A stretch of DNA of 64,000 bases from an uncultured Muribaculaceae bacterium (lineage in GTDB: Bacteria; Bacillota_I; Bacilli_A; RF39; UBA660), in assembly GCA_964369845.1 (NCBI GenBank), contig CAYJFJ010000002.1, positions 8,242 through 72,241 of the forward strand, read 5' to 3'. A program made the translations under genes and the position numbers. Under the pieces are notes generated by a model that saw nothing but the letters and a program-made list of their open reading frames with translations, had not been told where the DNA came from and searched no databases. Positions 27,860-36,939 of the stretch are shown piece after piece; the stretch's first letter is position 1; the number at the start of each line of letters is the position of its first letter.

Positions 27860-29305
27860 TTATACTCTTTCTGTGTAACTAGTGTGCAATAATTCTTTTG
27901 CTATGTCACTTCCAGGTTTTTCTAAATAATTATCATAAATTTTTATAATATCTTCATTTAAATGTGAACATCTTATGCATGATGACTCATCTTTTTTATA
28001 TAAAGAATTGATTCTTTTTTCTTTAACTTCTTTTTCATCACCTTGCACTTTAGGTTGTCCACCACCACCAATACATCCACCAAAACAGTTCATTATTTCT
28101 ATAAAATGATATTTTGAAGTGTTATTTTTCACATCTTCTAAAATAGGAAGTGCACTAGACATTTGATTTATTACAGCTATATTAAGAATTAAATCATCTA
28201 TTTTAACACTTGCTTCTTTGACATTATCAAGACCTCTTACACTAGTAAATTCTAAATTTTCAAGTTCTTTATTTGTAAGCATATTATACGCAGTTCTTAT
28301 AGCAGCTTCAGTTACTCCTCCACTTGCTCCAAATATCATCCCTGCTCCTGAACCTTCTTTAAATAAACTATCATAATCCATATCTTCTAGATTTAAAAAG
28401 TCAATGTCAGAGTTTTTTATAATACTAATTAATTCTCTTGTAGTTAAAACTAAATCTGTACCCTTAATTTCTTCTCTTTTAATTTCATACTTTTTAGCTG
28501 TACATGGAGTTATTGCTACTGCATAAATATCATTTTCAGTTAGTGATACATTTGGTGCAAAATACTTTTTAATCATTAACCCTTGCATTCCTATCGGACT
28601 TTTACATGTTGAAATATTTTTTAATACTTCAGGATAATTATCTTCTGCATATTTAACCCATGCTGGGCAACAACTGGTAAACATTGGCAAAGTCTTTTTC
28701 TCAGTTATTCTACTTATAAGTTCAGTAGCTTCTTCCATTATAGTTAAATCTGCTCCAAATGTTGTATCAAGTACATAATCAAAACCGATTTTTCTTAAAG
28801 CTGCTACTAATTTTCCTTGGGCAAATGAACCTTTTTCTAAACCTAATTCATCTCCTATAGCTACTCTTACTGCTGGTGATGTAAAAGCTACTAACTTTTT
28901 ACCACTTTTTTTCATTTCATTAAATTTTTCAATATCATTTTTAGGAGTTATTGCCCCTACTGGACATACCCCAATACACTGACCACAATTAACGCAAGCT
29001 AATCCTTTTTTTATATCTTTAAGACCTTCTCGAGATTCACAAATATTTTTACACTGTCCACAGTCTACACATAATTCATCATCTTTTTCAATTGCAATAT
29101 TATCTTTACTTATTTCAATTGCGTTTTTAAATTTTGATTTTTCTTCAGTTTTCACTTTTTCTTTTTCTTCTTCAATTAGTTCGAAGCAATCACTTTTTTT
29201 TACCATACACCAAGGACAAACATAATCATCTGTTAAATCCTTATACAGTACACTTTCTTTTTCTTCATCATATATATATCCACATATATTACATTTATAT
29301 TTCAT
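27860..29305 (-). CDS. [FeFe]-hydrogenase with N-terminal rubredoxin domain and two ferredoxin-type [4Fe-4S] motifs
   Basis: Rubredoxin CNICGY...CPWC. Ferredoxin motifs CVDCGQCKNIC and CVNCGQCIGVCP. H-cluster motifs FTSCCPAW, TPCTAKKYE and MNCFGGCIGGGGQP. Confidence 0.85.
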   Translation of the reverse strand: MKYKCNICGYIYDEEKESVLYKDLTDDYVCPWCMVKKSDCFELIEEEKEKVKTEEKSKFKNAIEISKDNIAIEKDDELCVDCGQCKNICESREGLKDIKKGLACVNCGQCIGVCPVGAITPKNDIEKFNEMKKSGKKLVAFTSPAVRVAIGDELGLEKGSFAQGKLVAALRKIGFDYVLDTTFGADLTIMEEATELISRITEKKTLPMFTSCCPAWVKYAEDNYPEVLKNISTCKSPIGMQGLMIKKYFAPNVSLTENDIYAVAITPCTAKKYEIKREEIKGTDLVLTTRELISIIKNSDIDFLNLEDMDYDSLFKEGSGAGMIFGASGGVTEAAIRTAYNMLTNKELENLEFTSVRGLDNVKEASVKIDDLILNIAVINQMSSALPILEDVKNNTSKYHFIEIMNCFGGCIGGGGQPKVQGDEKEVKEKRINSLYKKDESSCIRCSHLNEDIIKIYDNYLEKPGSDIAKELLHTSYTERV

Positions 29306-29354
29306 TACTATCTTCTCTTTCTTTTTCTATTATAACATAAAAAAAAATAATACT

Positions 29355-30026
29355 TTATATTCTAGTATTACTTTTGTTACTTGCTTCAATAAATAATTTA
29401 GCCGCTAAATCATTTTCTCCAAATTTATTTAAAGTATAATCGCAAATATCCATTACTTCTTCATAAAATCCTAATATAAGTAAACACTCTGCTTTTTGTA
29501 AAAGCAATATATAATCATCAGGATACTTATCACATATTTCAATTACTTTATTGTATTCTTTTATCTTTTTATAATAGTTACACATAACGTTGTTTATTTT
29601 TAAATTAAATTTATTTTTATTATAAAAACTCACCAAGACTTCTTCACTTAACTTATTTTCTAGTGTTAACATAGCATATATCTTAGTTAACTGAACTGCT
29701 ATGCTTTCGCTATACCCTACTGTACTTTCTGCAACTTCCTTTGCTTCAATTAAGTTATTTAATTTTATTGATGCACCTATATACTGTGATCTTATAATTA
29801 AATCATTATCAATATACTTTTTTGATAACTTACATATTTCTTCATAACATCCTTTTGAAAATAAAAATCTATATAATCTAGATTGAATTTTATGATTTTC
29901 AGGATATGCATCACATACTTTTTTAGCGTTTAAATAATCATTTTTAAGAAGAATTTCCCTTACACCAGCATCTAAATTGATAAATGCAAATATTTTCTTA
30001 TCTTCAATATTTTCGTTTTTTTTCAT
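29355..30026 (-). CDS. TPR-like helical repeat protein (paralog of 24370..25059)
   Basis: C-terminus KVIEICDKYPDDYILLLQKAECLLILGFYEEVMDICDYTLNKFG aligns with the 24370..25059 product (~40% identity in this part, by eye). Confidence 0.45.
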   Translation of the reverse strand: MKKNENIEDKKIFAFINLDAGVREILLKNDYLNAKKVCDAYPENHKIQSRLYRFLFSKGCYEEICKLSKKYIDNDLIIRSQYIGASIKLNNLIEAKEVAESTVGYSESIAVQLTKIYAMLTLENKLSEEVLVSFYNKNKFNLKINNVMCNYYKKIKEYNKVIEICDKYPDDYILLLQKAECLLILGFYEEVMDICDYTLNKFGENDLAAKLFIEASNKSNTRI

Positions 30027-30096
30027 AATTTTACCCCACTTGCTAAATTATTATATGGGTTTATTCAAAGTTTTTCAAGATTTATTTGTTATTTTA

Positions 30097-31035
30097 CTAA
30101 AATAAGGACATTTGCTTAATTATTACACTTTTAGTATCACGGTTCGTAATAATTGCGTTTTTACTCACTTCACCAATTAATGTAGGGGATAATGGATTAT
30201 GTTTTTTAACATTCTCTCTTGAACTTTCTTCACTTTGAAGTGCATAACAATAAGTACATCCATTATCACAACAGTTGTAGGTTCCTATTTCTATACTTTC
30301 TACGCATCTACATTCTTCACGCTGATTTTTATCTATTTTAACATCTATTTTACTTTTTAATATTTTTTCAATTAACTCTTTATCTATACATGCACTTTTT
30401 TTTATGTCATATTTTGATAAATCTACTGCCTCACTACAAGTAAATAATTCTATATTGTTTTCCTTTGCTATTTCAGAAAAAGATTTTGCAAGTTTTTCTA
30501 TGTTGTTATAAGTTAATAAACTAGTAGGATTTTTACCCATTCGATAAGTTACATTTTTATAATCATCTACAAAACTAATTATACACCTATTAGTATAATC
30601 CTTAAGTTTATTTGCCATAAATTTGAACATTTTTGTGTGATACTCAACTGTAAATTTATCACTAATTATTATAGGGTCATACCTCCAAATAACTTTATCT
30701 ACACCTAGTCTTTTGCTTAAATATATAAAAGAATTAAGTATATCTTTTTTACTTGGTAAGTTTTTTTCAATACTATTATCATATGGAGTTATAGTAAATT
30801 GAAAATAATAAATATATCCCATTTTATCTATTTCATCTAAATATTTTAAAAATGGTATTGGATTTTTAGTCCAAAAGACTATTATGTCAACAGACTCTTT
30901 TGTTAAAAGTGCCTTTGAATATCTGTTTTCATTATATGGATTTTGTATTAAAACATACCCTTCTTTTAATCTATTTATAAACCACTTTCCATAGTATGAT
31001 GGAATATCTGTTCTGCGAGTTGCACTTATTATCAT
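30097..31035 (-). CDS. DUF1848 protein (Cys-rich, putative Fe-S DNA-repair-associated enzyme)
   Basis: MIISATRRTDIPSYYGKWFINRLKEGY N-terminus is characteristic of DUF1848. C-terminal cysteine cluster CRCVESIEIGTYNCCDNGCTYCYA. Its start overlaps the ogt stop (ATGA). Confidence 0.7.
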   Translation of the reverse strand: MIISATRRTDIPSYYGKWFINRLKEGYVLIQNPYNENRYSKALLTKESVDIIVFWTKNPIPFLKYLDEIDKMGYIYYFQFTITPYDNSIEKNLPSKKDILNSFIYLSKRLGVDKVIWRYDPIIISDKFTVEYHTKMFKFMANKLKDYTNRCIISFVDDYKNVTYRMGKNPTSLLTYNNIEKLAKSFSEIAKENNIELFTCSEAVDLSKYDIKKSACIDKELIEKILKSKIDVKIDKNQREECRCVESIEIGTYNCCDNGCTYCYALQSEESSRENVKKHNPLSPTLIGEVSKNAIITNRDTKSVIIKQMSLF

Positions 31036-31487
31036 TTATTGTTTTTTTCCATATCAAGTAAATATTTTTTCATTTCAAGTCCACCTGCATAACCTACTAA
31101 CTTATTATTCGAACCTATTACTCTATGACAAGGAATGGTTATCATAATTGGATTTTTATTATTTGCCATACCTACTGCTCTACTTGCTTTTTCATTTCCT
31201 ATTTGAGTTGCTACCTCTTTATAAGTTCTAGTTTCACCATACGGTATTTCACATAAGGCTTTCCAAACCTTTTTTTGAAACGAAGTTCCTCTTAATTCGT
31301 ACTTAAAACTAAAAATTTTTCTTTTACCATTTAAATATTCATTTATTTCTTTAAAAACTTCATCAGTAAATTTGTTTTTATTATTTTCATTTGTTAATTC
31401 ATTTACTTTTTCTATACTTATTACTACCACATCTTCATATGTGATTTTAATAAAACCTAAATTAGAATTATAAACTGCATATTTCAC
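31032..31487 (-). CDS. ogt: Methylated-DNA--protein-cysteine methyltransferase
   Basis: Active site PCHRVIG and FQKKVWKALCEIPYGETRTY. I place the start at GTG 31487 (RBS AAGGAGA 7 nt upstream); the upstream part of the track ORF overlaps ada out of frame. Confidence 0.85.
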   Translation of the reverse strand: MKYAVYNSNLGFIKITYEDVVVISIEKVNELTNENNKNKFTDEVFKEINEYLNGKRKIFSFKYELRGTSFQKKVWKALCEIPYGETRTYKEVATQIGNEKASRAVGMANNKNPIMITIPCHRVIGSNNKLVGYAGGLEMKKYLLDMEKNNK

Positions 31488-32040
31488 TTTTTTTCTCCTT
31501 ATTTTCTTTACGATAATTTGCTGGTGAAGTTTTAACTTCCCTTTTAAAAGTATTATAAAAAACTGATATACTTCCAAACCCTGATTCATATGCAACTTCC
31601 GTAATACTACTAGTAGTTTCTTTTAATAGCTTTTTTGCTTTTTTTAACTTCAAAATATTTATATACTGATTTAAAGTTATTTTATATTCTTCTTTAAACA
31701 ACTGAGAAATTCTCTTTTGAGAAAGTCCTATTTTTTTTATTTCTTCCTTTAATTTCTCATTATCAACATAATAATTATCTAGTTTACTTTTAAGTTTTAC
31801 ACAAATTTCTTTTGAAGGTGTATACTTTTCCAAATCACTTCTACATCTTTTGCATGGTCTATACCCTTTTTCCATAGCTTCTGTTATATTATCACAAAAC
31901 TCCACATTTTCTTTTTTTGGTAACTTCGATTTACACGAGGGTCTGCAAAAGATTTTAGTTGATTTAACAGCATAATATAAAACTAAATCATAGCGTTCAT
32001 CATTATTTTTGATAATCTCATATTTTCTCTCAAAATTCAT
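31468..32040 (-). CDS. ada: Ada-type regulator: N-terminal Zn methylphosphotriester-acceptor domain + AraC HTH
   Basis: YYAVKSTKIFCRPSCKSK...GYRPCKRCRSD (Ada Zn-binding Cys4) followed by an AraC-type HTH (ITEVAYESGFGSISVFYNTFKR). Confidence 0.8.
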   Translation of the reverse strand: MNFERKYEIIKNNDERYDLVLYYAVKSTKIFCRPSCKSKLPKKENVEFCDNITEAMEKGYRPCKRCRSDLEKYTPSKEICVKLKSKLDNYYVDNEKLKEEIKKIGLSQKRISQLFKEEYKITLNQYINILKLKKAKKLLKETTSSITEVAYESGFGSISVFYNTFKREVKTSPANYRKENKEKKSEICSL

Positions 32041-32740
32041 TTTTCTTTTTCTTTCTTTTTAGTTTATTAAGTTTTTCTTTTGCTTCTTTATCGACTCTAA
32101 AAGATTCTCTTATTTTTTGTATAGTTTTATTAAATGTTTCATCATCTAAATTATTTTCTAATAAATACTCATGAGTTTTTTCTGGAAACTTAACATAACA
32201 TATAGATAAACACCAAGCTACTGCCATTTTTACGTAATATTCTTCATTAGTAATGATATCACATACAGCTAATATATTATCAATATATTCTTCTTCAATA
32301 AAATGAAATAACATTAATACTACTGCAAATCTAATCTCGTATACTTCTTCTGACGAATAGTATTTTTCTAAGAAACTCCATACCTTTTCTTTATTTTTTC
32401 TTACAATTTTAAGTTCAGAACAAAAACTATCACATATTGACCAGTTATTAATCTTAGGAATAAATAACTCTACTTCTTTTAAAACATCTTCTATCTCACC
32501 TTTTATATTTCCTATCATTAGACCTTTTAACATAGTTTCTTCAAAGTAAATATCTTCTGCTTTTTCTAAATATTCAACTTCTTTGTTTTTGATTAATCTT
32601 TGTGCTATTTTTCTTATTATCGGAACTCTTACACCAAGTAAATTGTTTACTCCAGGTATTAAAGATGATGAAAACTTTTGATATTTTTCTTCTTTAAGCA
32701 AAATTAATTCATTTCTTATTTCTTCTTCTTTTTGGTACAT
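32030..32740 (-). CDS. DNA alkylation repair protein (AlkD/HEAT-repeat family)
   Basis: ~235 aa helical repeat with KYQKFSSSLIPG..LLGVRVPIIRKIA and WSICDSFC motifs of the PF08713-type family. Overlaps the ada start by 11 nt. Confidence 0.7.
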   Translation of the reverse strand: MYQKEEEIRNELILLKEEKYQKFSSSLIPGVNNLLGVRVPIIRKIAQRLIKNKEVEYLEKAEDIYFEETMLKGLMIGNIKGEIEDVLKEVELFIPKINNWSICDSFCSELKIVRKNKEKVWSFLEKYYSSEEVYEIRFAVVLMLFHFIEEEYIDNILAVCDIITNEEYYVKMAVAWCLSICYVKFPEKTHEYLLENNLDDETFNKTIQKIRESFRVDKEAKEKLNKLKRKKKKNEF

Positions 32741-32810
32741 ACTTCCACCTAAATTATATTATACAATATTATTTAGTAATTTTCTTCCTAAATTTTCTCA
32801 TTTAATTTAT

Positions 32811-32843
32811 ATAAAAAGAATTATTAATTCCTTAATAATTCTT
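32811..32843 (-). terminator. Rho-independent terminator after the EEP-family gene
   Basis: Perfect 12-bp stem AAGAATTATTAA-TTCC-TTAATAATTCTT (32816-32843), followed in minus sense by UUUUUAUAU. Confidence 0.75.
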
Positions 32844-33726
32844 AGTCAATTAATACAAAATCTACTATCACTGGAAAATGATCGCTTACTGGTTTATTTA
32901 AATACATATAACTAGGGTCCACTCTGTAGTTATATACTTTGAAATCATTTTTACTAACAAAAATATAATCTATAGTTATAAAATGTAACAGTTTATTATT
33001 TGAATTATAATTTATAGTTCCATATTTCATACTGCTGTGTGCTATCTTTTTAGTATCACTCATATGCTTTGTGAATTTACTATAGTCTAAAAAGAAACTT
33101 GGAACATTCATGTCTCCTGTTAATATATATGGATTTTCTAGCTTTGACAAGCTTTCATTTATTAATTTAATTGATTCATCTACTGCTATACTTCCTTCGT
33201 GATCTAAATGTGTATTATTTACGGTAAATATTTCGCCTGTCTCTTTATTTTTCAAAGTAGCACTTGTCATAATTCTATAAGTTGAAGCATCCCATCCTAT
33301 CGATACTTTTCCTGGCGTTTCTGAAAGCCAAATTGTATCAGTATCAATCACTTCGAACTTGTCAGTTAAATAAAATATAGGTGCGTATTCACCTTCAGTA
33401 ATTCCATCTTCTCTTCCTACTCCTACAAAACTATAATCCTCAAGTAAAACTGGTAAACCATCATAGTTATTCATCCAACCATAATTAGCTTCTTGAATAG
33501 TTATTATATCAGCTTCATAACTTAGTAATTGTTCCGTGATTAATTCTTTTCTTCCAGCAAATTCATCCATCCAATCTTCAGCATATTTTATGTTATAGTT
33601 AACTATTCTATAAACATCATCTTCTTTTTTAGGAATACTTTTTATATTCCAAGAAAAGAAATAGATCATAAGCAAAATTATTATTGATAGTAAAATTATT
33701 AAAGTTATTAAAATCTTTTTTTTCAT
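32842..33726 (-). CDS. Endonuclease/exonuclease/phosphatase (EEP) family protein, membrane-anchored or secreted
   Basis: YRIVNYNIKY, ITIQEANYGW, NNTHLDHE and SDHFPVIVDF motifs. The start at 33726 (MKKKILITLIILL) avoids overlap with the upstream Nudix gene. Confidence 0.75.
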   Translation of the reverse strand: MKKKILITLIILLSIIILLMIYFFSWNIKSIPKKEDDVYRIVNYNIKYAEDWMDEFAGRKELITEQLLSYEADIITIQEANYGWMNNYDGLPVLLEDYSFVGVGREDGITEGEYAPIFYLTDKFEVIDTDTIWLSETPGKVSIGWDASTYRIMTSATLKNKETGEIFTVNNTHLDHEGSIAVDESIKLINESLSKLENPYILTGDMNVPSFFLDYSKFTKHMSDTKKIAHSSMKYGTINYNSNNKLLHFITIDYIFVSKNDFKVYNYRVDPSYMYLNKPVSDHFPVIVDFVLID

Positions 33727-33739
33727 ATCATGCCTTTCA

Positions 33740-34174
33740 TTATTTACTTTTTTTATCTGTTTCATTAATATTTTTAACTTCACTAACTTTTTCTATGAAT
33801 TTTTTGTGAGTATCATAATAAGTCATATTAAGAGGTAATTCATCAAATAGCTCTACTTTGTCCATTTCATGAACCAGTTTTTTTGTCCCAAGTTCTAAAA
33901 CATCTACATAGCAGATCAATCCATAAGTTGATATTTTATAATAACAAATTTTTTCGATGTTAGCTTTTGTTATACCCGTTTCTTCTAAAAGTTCTCTTTT
34001 AGCAGCTGCTAAATAATCTTCACCTTCTTCAATATGTCCTCCCGGAATTTCCCAAGTTCCTTTTTCACCATGTCTGCATAAAACCCATTTGTTTTTATAT
34101 CTACATACTAAAATAACTCTTGTAAGGTCACAATCAAGTTTGTGGCTTAGTTCATATAAATTTACTGGCAACAT
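33740..34174 (-). CDS. Nudix hydrolase
   Basis: Nudix box GGHIEEGEDYLAAAKRELLEETG. Confidence 0.8.
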   Translation of the reverse strand: MLPVNLYELSHKLDCDLTRVILVCRYKNKWVLCRHGEKGTWEIPGGHIEEGEDYLAAAKRELLEETGITKANIEKICYYKISTYGLICYVDVLELGTKKLVHEMDKVELFDELPLNMTYYDTHKKFIEKVSEVKNINETDKKSK

Positions 34175-35181
34175 TTTAACTCCTTTACATATAAGTTTCT
34201 TTTTCCCCTTTTAAATTCAACTTGCTTTATGAATTTGTATTCATTTTTAAGAAAATTCTTAATACTGTATTCATTTTCAGGGTACACTGTAGTAAGTAAA
34301 TATTTTTTACCTAAACTATTGCAGTACTTTTCCAATTTCAGTAACATTTTATTTTGATATCCACTTCCTATATATTTCGGACTAACCATTATAGGACCAC
34401 AACCAGCAACTAAAGTATAATCATAATTTAACTTGAATTTATCAACTGTTTTTTGGCTAGACTCCATATACATTACTGAGCAAACTAATTCATTTTCATT
34501 GAAGTAATTAAATAACTTACCTCCACTTTTTAAGACTTCTTCTAACTTTTCAACATCAAAGTCCCCTAGCCACTGCGAATTTTTCATATTTTGTTTTATA
34601 TTATTATAATAATCAATATAGTCTTCATTAGTTATTTCTTTTAATTCAAATTTTTCAAAAGCATCATTTTCTTTTAAAGCTTTTGTTATATTTTCTTTTA
34701 TGAAATCATTTTTTGATTTTGTATACATAACTCTATCATTTGAATATTTTTCTGCTAATTTTTCTTTCAACGTTTGATATTCTTCTAATGCATTTTTATT
34801 AGATTTTAAATAATCTCTAAACAAAATACTTTCTTGATATCTACTACCATTTAACTCCATTAAATGGATCAATACTGATGTGTAATTTTCATTACCTTTT
34901 ACAATTAATATTTCATCCATCTCTAAACTATTTCTAACTTCATATTCTTTTTTATCAAACAATTTTTTATAGTATTCAAAATCTTTAAATTTACTTACTC
35001 CAATAGCAATATCTATAATAGGTTTTGCTTTTAAACCTTTCACTGATGTAGAACCAATGTGTTCTACTATGATATTATTACCTTTGAAAATTTTTAATAA
35101 TTTTTCTTTTTCATCTTCATATTCTTTAACAAATTTTTCATAATTATTTTCTAATTTTACTGTACCTTTAATTAATCCCAT
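34162..35181 (-). CDS. GrpB (nucleotidyltransferase-fold) - GNAT acetyltransferase fusion
   Basis: N-terminal VEHIGSTSVKGLKAKPIIDIAIGV (GrpB/UPF0157). The C-terminal half has the GNAT core VSPKYIGSGYQNKMLLKLEKY. Confidence 0.65.
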   Translation of the reverse strand: MGLIKGTVKLENNYEKFVKEYEDEKEKLLKIFKGNNIIVEHIGSTSVKGLKAKPIIDIAIGVSKFKDFEYYKKLFDKKEYEVRNSLEMDEILIVKGNENYTSVLIHLMELNGSRYQESILFRDYLKSNKNALEEYQTLKEKLAEKYSNDRVMYTKSKNDFIKENITKALKENDAFEKFELKEITNEDYIDYYNNIKQNMKNSQWLGDFDVEKLEEVLKSGGKLFNYFNENELVCSVMYMESSQKTVDKFKLNYDYTLVAGCGPIMVSPKYIGSGYQNKMLLKLEKYCNSLGKKYLLTTVYPENEYSIKNFLKNEYKFIKQVEFKRGKRNLYVKELKCCQ

Positions 35182-35217
35182 ATTACACCTCTTTAAATAT
35201 TTTTACAAATTAGTTAT

Positions 35218-36336
35218 TTAACAATCTTTTTTTCTTTCTCGAAAAAATTCACTATCTTCTACCAGTCTACATGATGCTAGCAAATCTGCAATGCTCATTA
35301 TTTGCATATCATCTCCTAAACATTCATCTTCTTCATATCTATTTGGTTTTTCTGAATTCTTATGAACATAAATACCACCCATTATCTCGCCAGTAAATTC
35401 TTTAACAGTCTCAGCAAAACTTCCTGATGCTTGAAAATATTTTGAAGATGACGATTTTATTTTTTCATCTTTTGAAAGACTGCCTTTCATATACTCTTTA
35501 TTTTGAGGTAATTTATATAAATCTTTATGCATTAAATTAGAATTATCTAAATCTATTATTGAATTATATAAATACATACCACTAGAGCATATACTATTAA
35601 ATTCTATAACATCTACTATTTGTACACCATTTTTTTCGTAAACCATTAAATCCACAACATAAGAACTAGGAAAGTCAGTTTCTTCAAGTCTTTTTACTAC
35701 TTCCTCTAGTTTACCTTTTATTCTTTCATCAATCTTATGAACAATATCATCTGTTATTCTAGATATGTTTCTAGCTTGATTATCTATAACTACACATCTA
35801 TACTCTAACTTTCCTAATTCATCTTCCATAATATTTACTTTTTCAGACAAAATAAATTCCTCACTTGAATGTCTTTCTAAAGCTTTAACTAATATCGACT
35901 TTTTATTTTTAAAATAATCTACTTTGCAGAATGCATTGTAATTTTTCTCTTTTGTTTTAATGAAAAACTCTTCGCCGAATAACTCTTTTATTTTTGCATT
36001 TCCTTCTTCACTAAGAATATCTGACCCTACAAACTCTTTTGTATTTCTTAATGTTTTAAACCACTTAGTCCATGAGTGGATTTTTTCATCATCTTCAGTA
36101 GTAACAAAACTTCTTATTCCTAATTTATTTGCTACTTCTCTTATTTTTTTTACTTGCATCATTCCACTTATAGGGCAAATTACTTTACCAGTTAAATCCA
36201 TAGGATTACCTGATAAATCACAAAATATTTCTTTGTCACTATTAAATACACAAATTTTATTATTATCAATAGCTTTAATATATTCTTCATTAAAAACTCT
36301 TTTTTTTAACAAATCATCGTATAAACATATAAACAT
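35218..36336 (-). CDS. ATP-grasp-like enzyme (R2K clade / DUF4343-like), function unknown
   Basis: EEFFIKTKEKNY..F, LEYRCVVIDNQ and VVDLMVYEKNGVQIVDVIEFNSICSSGMY resemble the ATP-grasp core strands. The assignment is by eye only. Confidence 0.45.
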   Translation of the reverse strand: MFICLYDDLLKKRVFNEEYIKAIDNNKICVFNSDKEIFCDLSGNPMDLTGKVICPISGMMQVKKIREVANKLGIRSFVTTEDDEKIHSWTKWFKTLRNTKEFVGSDILSEEGNAKIKELFGEEFFIKTKEKNYNAFCKVDYFKNKKSILVKALERHSSEEFILSEKVNIMEDELGKLEYRCVVIDNQARNISRITDDIVHKIDERIKGKLEEVVKRLEETDFPSSYVVDLMVYEKNGVQIVDVIEFNSICSSGMYLYNSIIDLDNSNLMHKDLYKLPQNKEYMKGSLSKDEKIKSSSSKYFQASGSFAETVKEFTGEIMGGIYVHKNSEKPNRYEEDECLGDDMQIMSIADLLASCRLVEDSEFFRERKKDC

Positions 36337-36369
36337 ATATAACTCTCTTTCTTATAACGCATTTCAAAT

Positions 36370-36939
36370 TTATCTATTTAAAATACTAACAGCTTTTTTA
36401 GCATCCTCTTCTTTGAGAAGCGAATCTTCATCAAATGCACTTGTCATAATGTGATTATTTTCATTATAAAAGTCTGATGTATCATCTATAACTATATAAT
36501 TACACTCGGCTAAATTATCTTTGTGATAATACTTTAAATATTCATCTATTTTATATTGTCTTGAACCATAATATTTTAATTTAATAGATTTTAAATCATT
36601 TATATATAATCCATTTAAATTGATTATATCTTTATTAAGTTCATGCAAATTGAAATATTTATCAATGAAATCAACTTTTGCAAAATCATAATTTAAACCT
36701 AGCTTTTCACACGACTTTATAAGTTTTGTTTCAAACTCTATTCTTCTTTTTACAAAATTCTCATCACAATAATAATCTTCACGAATCCAATTAGCACTTT
36801 GTGATGAAATTATAACTAATTTTGCATTTGTTTTAACTATTATATATGCTAAGTGATCCATTGCTTGTTCATTTATGAACTCTTTAGTATAAACATTATT
36901 AAAAACTCCATCTATATCTAAAAATATATACTTTTTCAT
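36370..36939 (-). CDS. HAD-superfamily protein of the 'Swiss-army-knife RNA repair' HAD type
   Basis: KKYIFLDIDGVFNN...KLVIISSQ...NYIVIDD pattern. Overlaps the GDPD stop (ATGA). Confidence 0.55.
   Translation of the reverse strand: MKKYIFLDIDGVFNNVYTKEFINEQAMDHLAYIIVKTNAKLVIISSQSANWIREDYYCDENFVKRRIEFETKLIKSCEKLGLNYDFAKVDFIDKYFNLHELNKDIINLNGLYINDLKSIKLKYYGSRQYKIDEYLKYYHKDNLAECNYIVIDDTSDFYNENNHIMTSAFDEDSLLKEEDAKKAVSILNR

Noticed and set aside
31488-31595. N-terminal 36-codon extension of the ogt ORF. Similar 5' extensions occur in pyk (13395-13427), the PH-domain gene (14252-14308), arsR (18556-18573), the EEP gene (33727-33783), GGDEF (59132-59218) and pflB (62146-62202).
   Set aside because: The extensions overlap upstream genes or encode implausible hydrophobic or low-complexity peptides. 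Internal starts with good Shine-Dalgarno sequences match the conserved N-termini of the families.
35960-36454. 164-aa plus-strand ORF. Similar plus-strand ORFs in the track: 2778-2990, 3016-3225, 3715-3957, 5378-5752, 11556-11855, 14316-14555, 15687-15884, 16218-16478, 19794-20183, 22128-22328, 40408-40818, 52357-52713, 57546-57905, 61031-61279 and others.
   Set aside because: All lie antisense to well-supported minus-strand genes. They have low-complexity Ser/Phe/Leu/Ile-rich translations typical of the reverse frame of AT-rich coding DNA. They lack RBSs and match no motif I recognise.
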